Shown here piece by piece: positions 1 through 8,796 of a DNA stretch of 32,000 bases (its first letter is position 1; every line of letters begins with the position of its first letter). The DNA is from Candidatus Saccharimonadota bacterium (GTDB taxonomy: Bacteria > Patescibacteriota > Gracilibacteria > BD1-5 > UBA6164). Location of the stretch: contig OZ245768.1 of assembly GCA_965227835.1 (NCBI GenBank), positions 600,001 through 632,000 of the forward strand. The letters run 5' to 3'. The notes below the pieces were generated by a model. It made no database searches, had not been told where the DNA came from, and saw only the letters and a program-made list of their open reading frames with translations. A program made the position numbers and the translations under genes.

Positions 1-1
1 A

Positions 2-703
2 CTATCAATAACAGAAATACAAATGTCCCCAAAAACAATTGCTAAGAAACGGAATAATACTCAAACAGATAAAAAGAAACATATCTCCCATACAAGTATA
101 TATTCTTGGCTAGAAACTGGTATGTGAAATAAATATAAAGAACTATTATTATATAAACATAAAGGTTATAGAAAGAAAAAACAACAAACAGAAAGAGTGA
201 AAATTAAAAATAGAGTTAGTATTAAAAATAGACCTGAAACAATAAATAACAGAGAAGAAAAATGACATATTGAAGCTGATTTAATTGTTTCTAAAAAATG
301 ATTTAAATGAGCTATACTTACATTGGTTGATAGAAAGACTAGGTTACCTAAAATTTTTAAAATAAAAGATAAATCAAGTGAAAATATAATTAATCTAATA
401 GCTTGAGTTAAAGATGATATATGAATTAAATCTGTTACTTTTGATAATTGAATGGAATTTGCTAAGCATTATTTATTAAATGATATATGAATAGATACTT
501 ACTTTTGTGAGCCTTATTCTTCTTGGCAGAAGTGAAGTATTGAGAATTTAAATAGGATTATCAGGAGATTTTTTCCTAAATGAACTATATTTGATTATGT
601 AAGTGATGAAAAAATAAAAAGTATTTGCGATATATTAGCAAATACTCCTAGAGAAATACTTTGATTTATTTCCCCTAATCAAGCACACTTTTCACAATCT
701 TAA
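2..703 (+). CDS. IS30-family DDE transposase, 5' end cut by the window edge
   Basis: Frame 2 is open under code 25 up to TAA 701-703. The translation carries IS30 hallmarks: EKGHIEADLIV (GHWEGD-like), VTFDNGMEF (the DNGxEF Gly is TGA 449-451) and PYSSWQKGSIENLNRIIRRFFPKG. Confidence 0.85.
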
Positions 704-879
704 TGTTGTATTTGGAATTATAACAAAATTTTTTATAATCTCAAAAATAAAAAATTTCTTAATGCTATATTTTCTTCTTTAAGTTCATTTAAAAAATTGC
801 ACTTCGGGGTTTAATTCAGGTTTTAATAAGTTTACTTAGTATAATAAAATTTTAATGTTTTGTCAAAAAAAATTAAAGT

Positions 880-907
880 TTGACATATATAACAAATTTA
901 TTAATGT
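880..907 (+). promoter_or_regulatory. Sigma70-like promoter, TTGACA-16-TAATGT, upstream of the NAS-like gene
   Basis: TTGACA lies at 880-885 and TAATGT at 902-907 with a 16-nt spacer, about 40 nt upstream of ATG 946. It shares the TTTGACATATA core with the promoter-like site at 8149. Confidence 0.35.
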
Positions 908-945
908 CCAAACAAATTAAAAAAATAATACATATTTAAAAATAG

Positions 946-1182
946 ATGAGAAAATATATGCAAGAAGAAATTATAGAAAAGTTCTATAAAGAATTAAAAT
1001 GAATAAAAGATTTGTATCCAAATAAGCAGTCCAATAAAATATTTAGAGAACTCGTAGATTATTGTACAAAAAATAATATAGATATTAAATACAATAGAAA
1101 AGTTGGTGAAATAAACAAAATTTGTGCAAGATGAGAATATAAGCTAAAAGAATATAATGGATCTGTTGCGTTTTGATTTTAA
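946..1182 (+). pseudogene. N-terminal fragment of a nicotianamine synthase (NAS)-like gene; native codons end at 1158, then read-through into the IS end
   Basis: ATG 946. The translation ..IFRELVDYCTKNN..EINKICARGEYKLKEYN fits the NAS N-terminal helical pattern (lF..LV..C ... C..AEg.LE.h). After codon AAT 1156-1158 the ORF runs 8 codons into the IS terminus (GSVAFGF) and stops at TAA 1180-1182. Confidence 0.7.
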
Positions 1183-2363
1183 AAAGAGTTTTAATTAAGA
1201 AATGTACTAAAATAGATGAAAGATTTATAAAATTCATCTATTTTTTGTTAAATTATAGCCATTTTTATATATAATTTAGGATTTTAGACGCAATCCACCT
1301 AAGGAAACTAATCTAAACTATTGGGACTTCCTCTAAAACAACTAATCTTTTGAGATTAAAAGATATAGCTTCCATAAATGCAGTAAACTGATTTTTTACT
1401 ACAGACTTATACCTCACTCTATGATTCATTTTTGAAAATACCCTCTCATAAGGAGATCTAAGTTTAGAATAAAACTTATCTTTATCCTTGTTCTTATCTT
1501 TCATATTATTTTTCTTTATTGCACATAGATGTAATCACTTCTTTTTTGTTGATATTACAGCCGGTCAAATACAATATCACTTATCAGCATATACTGCTCA
1601 TGAACTTGGTAATACATGCTTCATTCACTTTGCATCTGTTACATTAGCTTGAGTTATAGCTATCTTGTTTATCATTCAAGATTGCATATCAACACTAGTA
1701 TGTTTTTTATATCCATACCAAAATTTATTTTTTCATTTAGATCAAATTTTAGCTTCCTTATCATTAGCAACTTTTGGAAGAGTTTCATTATTCATTTTTT
1801 CATATCATTCTTTTATTCATTTATCTCTTTCTTCCCATAAATTAGCTTTAGTAACTAAATGAGAAGCATCTACAAATGTAAACACTTCACTCATATACCC
1901 CTTATTTGATAATTGATTTTTTAAATCTTCAAATATCTTTGATAGTTCATTTGTTCATATCTTTTTTCTTGCTCTTGAGAATATACTATAATCTGGAGTT
2001 TTATCTGTTAATTTAAATCAGCAAAACCATTTACCAGCTAGATTTTCTGCAAGATATTTCTCTAACTCTCTATCTGATAAATCTTCCATAAACTGGATTA
2101 GTAAACATAGAAATAATTTTTTTACTCAATATCATACATGAGTTTTTCATAGATCTATATTTTTTAGTATTTTATTTACTCAATCAAAGTTCCACAATTT
2201 CTTAAATTTACGATATTGATGATTTTCTGGAATTAGCTCGTTTAGGATAACAAAACTTATTTGATTTGATTCTCACATAGGTATTTTCTTAGAATATAAT
2301 TACTATCTAATTATATCTCTTTTTTCTCTTTTTAATAGTCAAAGTTTAATTTACAACAGGCTC
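1159..2363 (-). mobile_element. IS5-family insertion sequence (copy 1, 1205 bp), flanked by a 5-bp direct repeat ATAAT
   Basis: ATAAT occurs at 1154-1158 and again at 2364-2368. The ends GGATCTGTTGCG (1159-1170) and the reverse complement of 2352-2363 (GAGCCTGTTGTA) share the core CTGTTG, which is a weak IR. The length nearly equals copy 2 (1206 bp). The layout is also the same: a ~85-nt leader, the tnp gene, a conserved AGGTGRATTGYGYCTAAA..AAATTATA segment, then a hairpin (1209-1244). Excision restores the host ORF in frame. Confidence 0.7.
1313..2278 (-). CDS. IS5-family (DUF772 + DDE_Tnp_1 type) transposase, 321 aa
   Basis: ATG 2278 to TAG 1313-1315, 966 nt, no TAA/TAG in frame. Many in-frame TGAs fall at Gly-like positions: GYGVKKLFLCLLIQFMEDLSDRELE, KGKNKFWYGYKKHTSVD, YADKGY. 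The C-terminus RSPYERVFSKMNHRVRYKS..FNLKRL matches the track ORF 1313..1504. Confidence 0.9.
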
Positions 2364-2390
2364 ATAATGCAAAAAGGTTAGTAAACTTTA

Positions 2391-3596
2391 GGGACCTCTG
2401 CAAAAAGATAGATTTAAATTACAAAAATATAATAAAAAGATTAAAATATGATAAATATTTTAATTTTTTTTTAATGATTATGTCACCATTTAAAGAACAA
2501 CAAACATTTTTGAATTATTTCCAAAATGAGTTATGAATTACAAGAACAGAAAAGTTTCTAACAAAATTAGATAAAGTAGTCCCATGGGAATCAATATCAA
2601 ATAAAATTAATTTATCTAGAGAAATATCAGATTGATGAGTTTGAAGACCAAGAATGGAAATACAAAAAATGTTAAAAATACTATTTCTTCAATGATTATA
2701 TGGATTATCAGATCCGGAAATAGAAGATCAAATAAGAGACAGAAATAGCTTTCAAAAGTTTCTATGAATATCGGAGTCTAAAGATATACCAGATGAAACA
2801 ACAATATGTAGATTTAGAAATGAATTATCAGAAAACTGAAGTCAGGAAACTATATTTACAATGACTCAATTTATTTTAGCTGAAATGTGATTTACAGTAG
2901 AAAAGTGATTTATTCAAGATGGTACTATAATAGAATCACCAAAATGAAGAAAGAATAATAAATGAGAAAATACAAGAGATAAGGAAGCTAGTTTTACAAA
3001 GAAAAATTGAAGAAGTTATCATTGATATAAAGCTCATATTGAAACAACAAAGAGAGGAGACTTTGTAATGAATACAACATATACAACAGCTAAGATACAT
3101 GATTCACAATTATCTGATACTTTAATGACTTGAGATGAGAGTGAAGAGGCATATTGAGATAGTGCCTATATAAGTAAAGATAAAATAAGATTTTTAGATG
3201 AGTTATGAATTAAGTGAGAGTTCAATGAAAGATGATCTAGAAATAATCCGTTGACTTCTTATCAAAAAGAACAAAATAGAATTAAATCTACTATTAGGGC
3301 AAGAGTAGAACATCCTTTTTCTATTTTAAAGGCTAAATATTGAAATTATAAAACAAGATATAGATGATTAGTTAAGAATGCTATGCACTGGTTTTTATCT
3401 TGTGCTATTTATAATTTTGAACTATTGGCAAGGAGATATATATAGCTTTCTAATAGGTGAATTGTGCCTAAATTTGGAAATTATACCTAAAAAAAGGCAT
3501 AATTCATAGAAATTATCTTATATATTCTTCAAAAAAAGTGATTTTTATTCAAAATCACTTTTTTCTTGTTCTTTTCAATAATATTGCAGAGGTCCC
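2391..3596 (+). mobile_element. IS5-family insertion sequence (copy 2, 1206 bp) with perfect 13-bp terminal IRs and a 4-bp TSD TTTA
   Basis: GGGACCTCTGCAA at 2391-2403 is the exact reverse complement of TTGCAGAGGTCCC at 3584-3596. The direct repeat TTTA sits at 2387-2390 and 3597-3600. An internal hairpin plus T-run lies at about 3534-3564, after the tnp stop. Confidence 0.9.
2474..3445 (+). CDS. IS5-family transposase, 323 aa
   Basis: ATG 2474 to TAG 3443-3445, 972 nt, open under code 25. Motifs: GRPRMEIQKMLKILFLQGLYGLSDPEIEDQIRDRNSFQKFLG, HGYKAH, and RARVEHPFSILKAKYGNYKTRYRGLVKN..YNFELL. Several of the Gly residues are TGA. Confidence 0.9.
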
Positions 3597-3600
3597 TTTA

Positions 3601-4223
3601 ATAGAAGTAGAATAAAAGAAAATTTAGAAAAATTCATATACTACGAGAATTACAATGATCTAATAGATTTTGAATACAAAAACTGCAATGCTTTTTTAAA
3701 AAATATAAAAAAAATATTATTTGTTTGATGATGACCTCTTCCTCTAAGTGCTATTATACTAGCAATAAATTATAATATTGAATCAACAATAATAGACATG
3801 GATAATAGTGCTATAAAATTAAGCAAAAAACTAATAAAAAAATTATGATTAAAAGAATATATAAAAATAAAAAAATGAAATGCTATAAATTATAGTGATA
3901 AAAAAGAATATGATTTATGCTACATAGCAAGTATAGTATTTTGAAATGAAAACCAAGATAAGATTTTAAAAAACATAAACAAAATAAAATATAAAATATT
4001 ACTAACAAGAAGTAGCTATAAAACAAAAGAATTATTATATAAGAAAGTTGATATAAATATATTAAAAAAATATTTTAAACCATTTTTGATAAAACACCCT
4101 AATTGAAAGGTTATTAACTCAATAATATTATCTAACAAAAAATGAAATGAAAATAGCAATTATATGAAAATGATGAGCTGGGAAGACAACAATAACAACA
4201 GCATTAATCAAAGAAATTTCTAA
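3601..4223 (+). pseudogene. C-terminal fragment of the NAS-like gene (SAM-binding fold); the 22-nt middle piece lies at 2369-2390
   Basis: The frame is open from the IS junction to TAA 4221-4223. The translation EKFIYYENYNDLIDFE..KKILFVGGGPLPLSAIILA..IIDMD..AIKLSKKLIKKLGL is collinear with the NAS family FpYY.NY..L..E and vaF(I/V)GSGPLPLTSivLA motifs. The GGG is TGA TGA TGA at 3726-3734. There is no start codon downstream of the IS. Confidence 0.75.
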
Positions 4224-5016
4224 AGAAAATAGAACTATCTGTATAGACGCAGACTCAAATAAAAATCTTATAGACTATTTTGGGTTCGAAGAAAAAGAAG
4301 AAATTTTAGAACTTTGAGATTTAAAAAAAGAAATTTTTGAAATAGCAAAAGCAGAATCCAGTGAATATGATAGAAAATATCATCCAAAAAATTGAATTTG
4401 ATATTTTACAACAGATTATGATGACAAAATAATAAGTAAAGTATTAAACAAAAAAGATAAGTTAGAGTTAATACAACTATGAGAACCAAGGGAAGCTAGA
4501 GTATGAGTTACTTGAATGTGTCCTTATTATGAAACTATAAAAGTTTATTTATCTAGTTTGGTAGAAAAAAAAGATGAAATAATATTTATAGATTTTGCAG
4601 CTTGAAGTGAAGTAGCATGAAAATGAATAGTAGCAAGTTTAGACAATATTATAATTCCTTTAGAACCAAATTCAAAAAACCTAGATGTGGCAAAAGACAT
4701 ATATAAAACATTGAAATTAATAGATTTTAAAAATGTATATTTTATATTAAATAAAATAAGAAGAGAAGAAGATATAGAACTTATAAAAAGAGATTTTTGA
4801 GAAGAAATAAATATAATTTGAAAAATACCATTCTCAAAAGAAATAATGAAAATGGATATAAGATGAGATATAAATATTAAAAATATGGATTTAGAACTTA
4901 AAGAATCATTTATATCAATAAAAAATAATATATTATCATTACCATCAGACAGAAATACTTGCTTAGATAGAATAAAAAAACTTGATATTCTTAAATGAAA
5001 TAAAAAAATACACTAA
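4147..5016 (+). CDS. CooC/MinD-superfamily (SIMIBI) P-loop ATPase, paralog 1, 289 aa
   Basis: The N-terminus is MKIAIIGKGGAGKTT. The deviant Walker A at 4165-4191 uses TGA for three of its glycines. Also present: CIDADSN, GVTGMCPYYE (a CooC-like G.GC.C region with only one Cys), and IFIDFAAGSE..GKG..LDNIIIPLEPN (like D.EAG.Eh..RG..D..vvEP). It ends at TAA 5014-5016. Confidence 0.8.
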
Positions 5017-5042
5017 AAAGTTAACCTATAATAAACTTTAAA

Positions 5043-5921
5043 ATGAAAATCTGATTTGCTTGAAAATGATGAGCTGGTAAAACAACACTTAGCTCTCTTA
5101 TAATAAATAAAATATCTGAAAGATATAATACTCTGGCTTTAGATCTAGACTCAAATGTAAATCTTGCAACTTCACTATGAATGACAAATATAGAGGAACT
5201 AGTTACTTTTTGATCAAAAAAGGAAGAAGTAATGGAATATTGCTGAAGTACAAAAATGGTAGAATGGGAGGATAGAGTATATTTACCTGACAATTCAAAT
5301 AATTTTTATGAATACGATAATGAATTTATAAATAAATATTCAATAAAAAAATGAAACATAAAAGCCATGAGTTTAGGTTTTATAGAAGACGAAAAAAGAT
5401 GAATGGAGAGTATGTGCGATTATTATGAAATGTCTAAAGTATTTATGAATCACTACAATACAAAAGATGATGATTTTTTAATTGCTGATTTAGCTGCTTG
5501 AATGGAAATGATTTCCAGAGCTACTGTTATGAGTTTTGATCTAATTTTTATAATAACAGATGCAAATATGAAAAATATAAAAGTAGCTAACCAAATAATA
5601 AAATCACTAGAACTTACCTCTTTTGAAAAAGATGAATTTATAATAATACCAAATAAATATATTGATGAAGAAGATTTGTGAATAATAAAAGGTAGTTTCT
5701 CTTGATATAATATTATAGATTGATTAATTTTTGACTCTAAATTATATGATCTAGATTCTAAAAAAGAATTAGAAATGTGAAAAATAGAAAGCCTAGATGA
5801 AGCTGTAGAAAAAATAGTAAACTATATTTTAATGTTTAGAAAAAATAAACTAAAAACAAAAGAACAGATATATGATAGAATAAAAAAGCTAGATGAAAGA
5901 AAATCAAACTTCTTGAATTAA
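5043..5921 (+). CDS. CooC/MinD-superfamily P-loop ATPase, paralog 2, 292 aa
   Basis: The translation shows MKIGFAGKGGAGKTT, LDLDSN, GMESMCDYYE and LIADLAAGMEMISRATVMSFDLIFIITD. The architecture matches 4147..5016. It is open under code 25 to TAA 5919-5921. Confidence 0.8.
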
Positions 5922-5942
5922 TATTTTAAATTAAAGAAAAAA

Positions 5943-5972
5943 GAGAGTGGATATCTTACGATATCCACTCTT
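5943..5972. terminator. Bidirectional hairpin terminator between convergent genes
   Basis: A 12-13 bp stem pairs GAGAGTGGATATC with GATATCCACTCT around the loop TTAC. It is flanked by an A-run on one side and a T-rich run on the other. The stop codon of the minus-strand gene (5956-5958) sits in the loop. Confidence 0.6.
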
Positions 5973-6246
5973 TGTTAATAACTCCTGTTTCCTTATATTC
6001 CTTTTGGATTTTTCTAAGATTTTTTACACTCAAACTTTTCAGCTCCCCATTTTCTTTTAATTTGAGTAAATCCTGAAATAATGCTTTATCTACATATTCT
6101 TGAGTAGGAATATGAGGAAAATTGACATAATATGTATTTTCAAATTCAAAAGATGATACAGTTTTTTTTACTTGATTATTAATAAGTAACCAATAGATCA
6201 CAAGCAAAATTATTACTACAACTAAGAAACCAATCAGAATAAGCAT
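5956..6246 (-). CDS. Small membrane-anchored protein, 96 aa, unknown function
   Basis: ATG 6246 is preceded by AAAGGAG 7 nt upstream, one of the few clear SD sites here. The N-terminal hydrophobic helix is LILIGFLVVVIILLVIYWLLI. There is no TGA codon, and the gene ends at TAA. Confidence 0.65.
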   Translation of the reverse strand: MLILIGFLVVVIILLVIYWLLINNQVKKTVSSFEFENTYYVNFPHIPTQEYVDKALFQDLLKLKENGELKSLSVKNLRKIQKEYKETGVINKEWIS

Positions 6247-6371
6247 AATTAACTCCTTTTAAAAAAATTCGAAAAAAATTTGTTTTTGAATAGATTTTAT
6301 AAAACCTATAAACCTTATATTATAAAAAAAAATCTAAAGTCAATAGTTTCTGCCATCTTAAAAAATATCTC

Positions 6372-7415
6372 CTACTTTTTATTAGCCAGCTGACCACAAG
6401 CTGCATTTATATCATCTCACATAGTAACTCTAATGGTTGATACAACTCCATATTTTTTTAATATAGATTGAAATTTTTCTATTATAAATCTAGGACTAGC
6501 TCTATATCAATCAGAGCTAGTTCATTCTCATGGATTATAAGGAATAAAATTTACATGAGCTAATTTTCACTCTAAAAGTTCTCAAAGTTCATATGCTAGT
6601 TTAATGTTATCATTAACTCAATTGATCATTATATATTCATAAAAAATTCTTTTATTTGTTTTTTCTACATACTCATCTAAAGATTTCATTAATTTATCCA
6701 AAGGATAAGTATAATCTACAGGCATTATAGTTTTTCTTATATCATCATTTGGAGCATGTAAAGAAATAGCAAGACTTGATTGAGGAAAATCAAAAGTAAA
6801 TTTATTTATACCAGGAACTATCCCACATGTAGAAACAGTTATTCTCCTACGAGCTAAATCCATCTTTTTCTGATTTATGGCAAACTCTATAGAATCTTTT
6901 ACATTATCATAATTAAGCATAGGCTCTCACATACCCATATAAACTATATTTCTAAGTTTAGCCCCCTCTTCATAAATGATTTTGGAAGCAAAATATATTT
7001 GCTCAACTATCTCAGAAAATTCTAAATTTTTAAGTAATCATAGTTTTCAAGTGGCACAAAAACTACATGCCATAGGACATCAAGCTTGACAAGAAATACA
7101 AAGTGTAATTCTTCATGTAAGATGTCTCATTATAACAGACTCTATAAACTCTCCCGTATTTGTTTTAAAAAGTATCTTTGTGGTCTGATCATTTGAGGAA
7201 GTTTTTATGCTATCTACAACCAAACTATAAAAATAAAAATTATTTTCAAGAAGACTTCTTAAATCTTTTGGAATTGTTTTTATATCATCAAAATTATCTA
7301 TAAAATTTTTATAAATAGCATTTTCTATCTGATCATATCTAAAATTTGGAATTTTATTTTCCTTTAGAAATTCTTTTAGCTTATGTTCATCATGTATTGA
7401 AAATTTTTTCTCCAT
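6372..7415 (-). CDS. rlmN: Radical SAM 23S rRNA/tRNA m2A methyltransferase RlmN
   Basis: ATG 7415 (MEKKFS..) to TAG 6372-6374, 1044 nt. Motifs: CISCQAGCPMACSFCATG (CX3CX2C), YMGMGEPMLNYDNV (Gly = TGA 6927-6929), ITVSTCG, SLHAPND and NACGQLA. Confidence 0.9.
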
Positions 7416-7480
7416 TTTAAGTTTTTTTGCAAAATAATATTTATTATCTAAAATGACATAAAAATAATAAACTAGATAAT

Positions 7481-8074
7481 ATGAAAACAAACAAAAAAGC
7501 AACTTCTATTTTAGAAGCAATGATAGTACTTTTGATAATGGTTGTATGAATAACAGGGCTTTATGATATATTTAGTAAATCTACAAAGCTAAGTGAGTCC
7601 ACAAAAAACAGGATTGAAGCTATAGAAATATCAAGGGAATGAATTGAAGCTATGAAAAATATAAGAGATACCAACTGGTTAATGTATTGAGCTGATATCA
7701 AAAACTGTTTTAATACACTAAATTATGATTCATCTTGTGTATGATGATGATGAAGTAAAATTTGAACTTGAAGTTATAAAATATATCAAGACAAAAATGA
7801 TTTTAAATGGTATCTAAATAAATCATCTTGAAATCTAACATGATCAGGTTATAGAGATTTTTTTAGAGTTTATAAAGATAATGATTGATTTTATTCTCAA
7901 AGTTGAGCAAGCACAAAAACAATTTTTACCAGAGAGATAAGTATATCATATAGAGATGATAATTATGATAAGATGAGTGTAGACTCTATAGTAGAGTGGG
8001 TAGATAGCTCCAAGAATACACCTCACAAAATAGAGATTAATAATTTAATACATAATTGGAAGCAAGATAAATAA
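7481..8074 (+). CDS. Type IV pilin / pseudopilin-like protein, 197 aa
   Basis: The N-terminus MKTNKKATSILEAMIVLLIMVV is prepilin-like: a short basic leader, Glu at +5 of a putative A|T cleavage site, then a hydrophobic helix. It has two Cys. A GGGG run is encoded by four consecutive TGAs (7742-7753). It ends at TAA 8072-8074. Confidence 0.55.
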
Positions 8075-8091
8075 TGATTTCAAGAAACTCT

Positions 8092-8123
8092 AAAAAACCA
8101 TTTTATATATAAAATGGTTTTTT
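8092..8123 (+). terminator. Rho-independent terminator after the pilin-like gene
   Basis: AAAAAACCATTTT pairs with AAAATGGTTTTTT around an ATATAT loop, and the stem runs into a T-run. Confidence 0.7.
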
Positions 8124-8148
8124 ACATTTGTATATTTTATTTTTTAAT

Positions 8149-8176
8149 TTGACATATATTTTTATTTTTATAGTAT
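8149..8176 (+). promoter_or_regulatory. Sigma70-like promoter, TTGACA-16-TAGTAT
   Basis: TTGACA lies at 8149-8154 and TAGTAT at 8171-8176, about 35 nt upstream of ATG 8211. Confidence 0.35.
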
Positions 8177-8210
8177 TTCACTATATTTTTAAAACTTAAT
8201 CAAAAATCTA

Positions 8211-8750
8211 ATGGTTTTTAGTATCAAAGCAAATAACAGACATCATGGAACTTATAGTATAATAAGCAAAAAAAGTACCGTAAACAGAATAAATGATAAC
8301 ATAATGAAAGCTTATTTGTATTTTGAAAACAAAGATTATAGAATGGCAAACATGCTTTGTGTTACTGTTGAAGAAGATATAAAAAAATTACTTAGAAAAA
8401 AGAATAAGATAGAGGATTCTTGCCTTCAGGATTTTTATGAAATTAAAAGAAAGTTAGTCATTCAATCAATAGAATCTAAAATCTCAAAAGTTATATTATC
8501 TATAAATTCTGGAGAAAAGACACTTGGGATTAAGTATTATGAAGGTATTATTTCAGAACTTGAACAATTATCCAATTCTGGTTTTGATATAAAGATTTTT
8601 AGAAGAAAAGTTGCTAAATTATTATCATATATATATATATCTGATGAATGAGAGTCTAAAAATAAGTCTAATAATCGTCTTAAAGATAAATCTAGTGAAC
8701 TTCTTAAATTAAAAATATGGACAAAAGAAAGATGTCCTGAATTGCTTTAA
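8211..8750 (+). CDS. Hypothetical protein, 179 aa
   Basis: The track ORF 8211..8651 stops at a TGA. Under code 25 it continues (..YISDEGESKNKSNN..ERCPELL) to TAA 8748-8750. No family was recognised. Confidence 0.6.
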
Positions 8751-8760
8751 ATAAAACCAA

Positions 8761-8796
8761 AAAAACATTTATCTAGAATAAAAATAAATGTTTTTT
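8761..8796. terminator. Bidirectional terminator between convergent genes
   Basis: AAAAACATTTA pairs with TAAATGTTTTT around a 13-nt loop. The T-run overlaps the stop codon (8795-8797) of the minus-strand 1321-aa gene. Confidence 0.7.

Noticed and set aside
1209-1244. Hairpin after the 946..1182 ORF, taken as that gene's terminator.
   Set aside because: It lies inside IS copy 1 and corresponds positionally to the post-transposase hairpin of IS copy 2 (~3534-3564). The 946..1182 ORF is a truncated gene fragment whose last 8 codons come from the IS end.
2279-2345. Alternative ends for IS copy 1 near 1268-1293 and 2308-2320 (ATATAATT-containing imperfect inverted repeats).
   Set aside because: Those ends give no target duplication and do not restore the NAS-like frame. 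The 1159/2363 ends give a 5-bp direct repeat, a length matching copy 2 and an in-frame host gene.
4275-4282. GGTTCGAA, a T-arm-like tRNA motif.
   Set aside because: It is embedded in frame in the first CooC-like CDS (..YFGFEEK..), and no acceptor or anticodon stems can be drawn around it.
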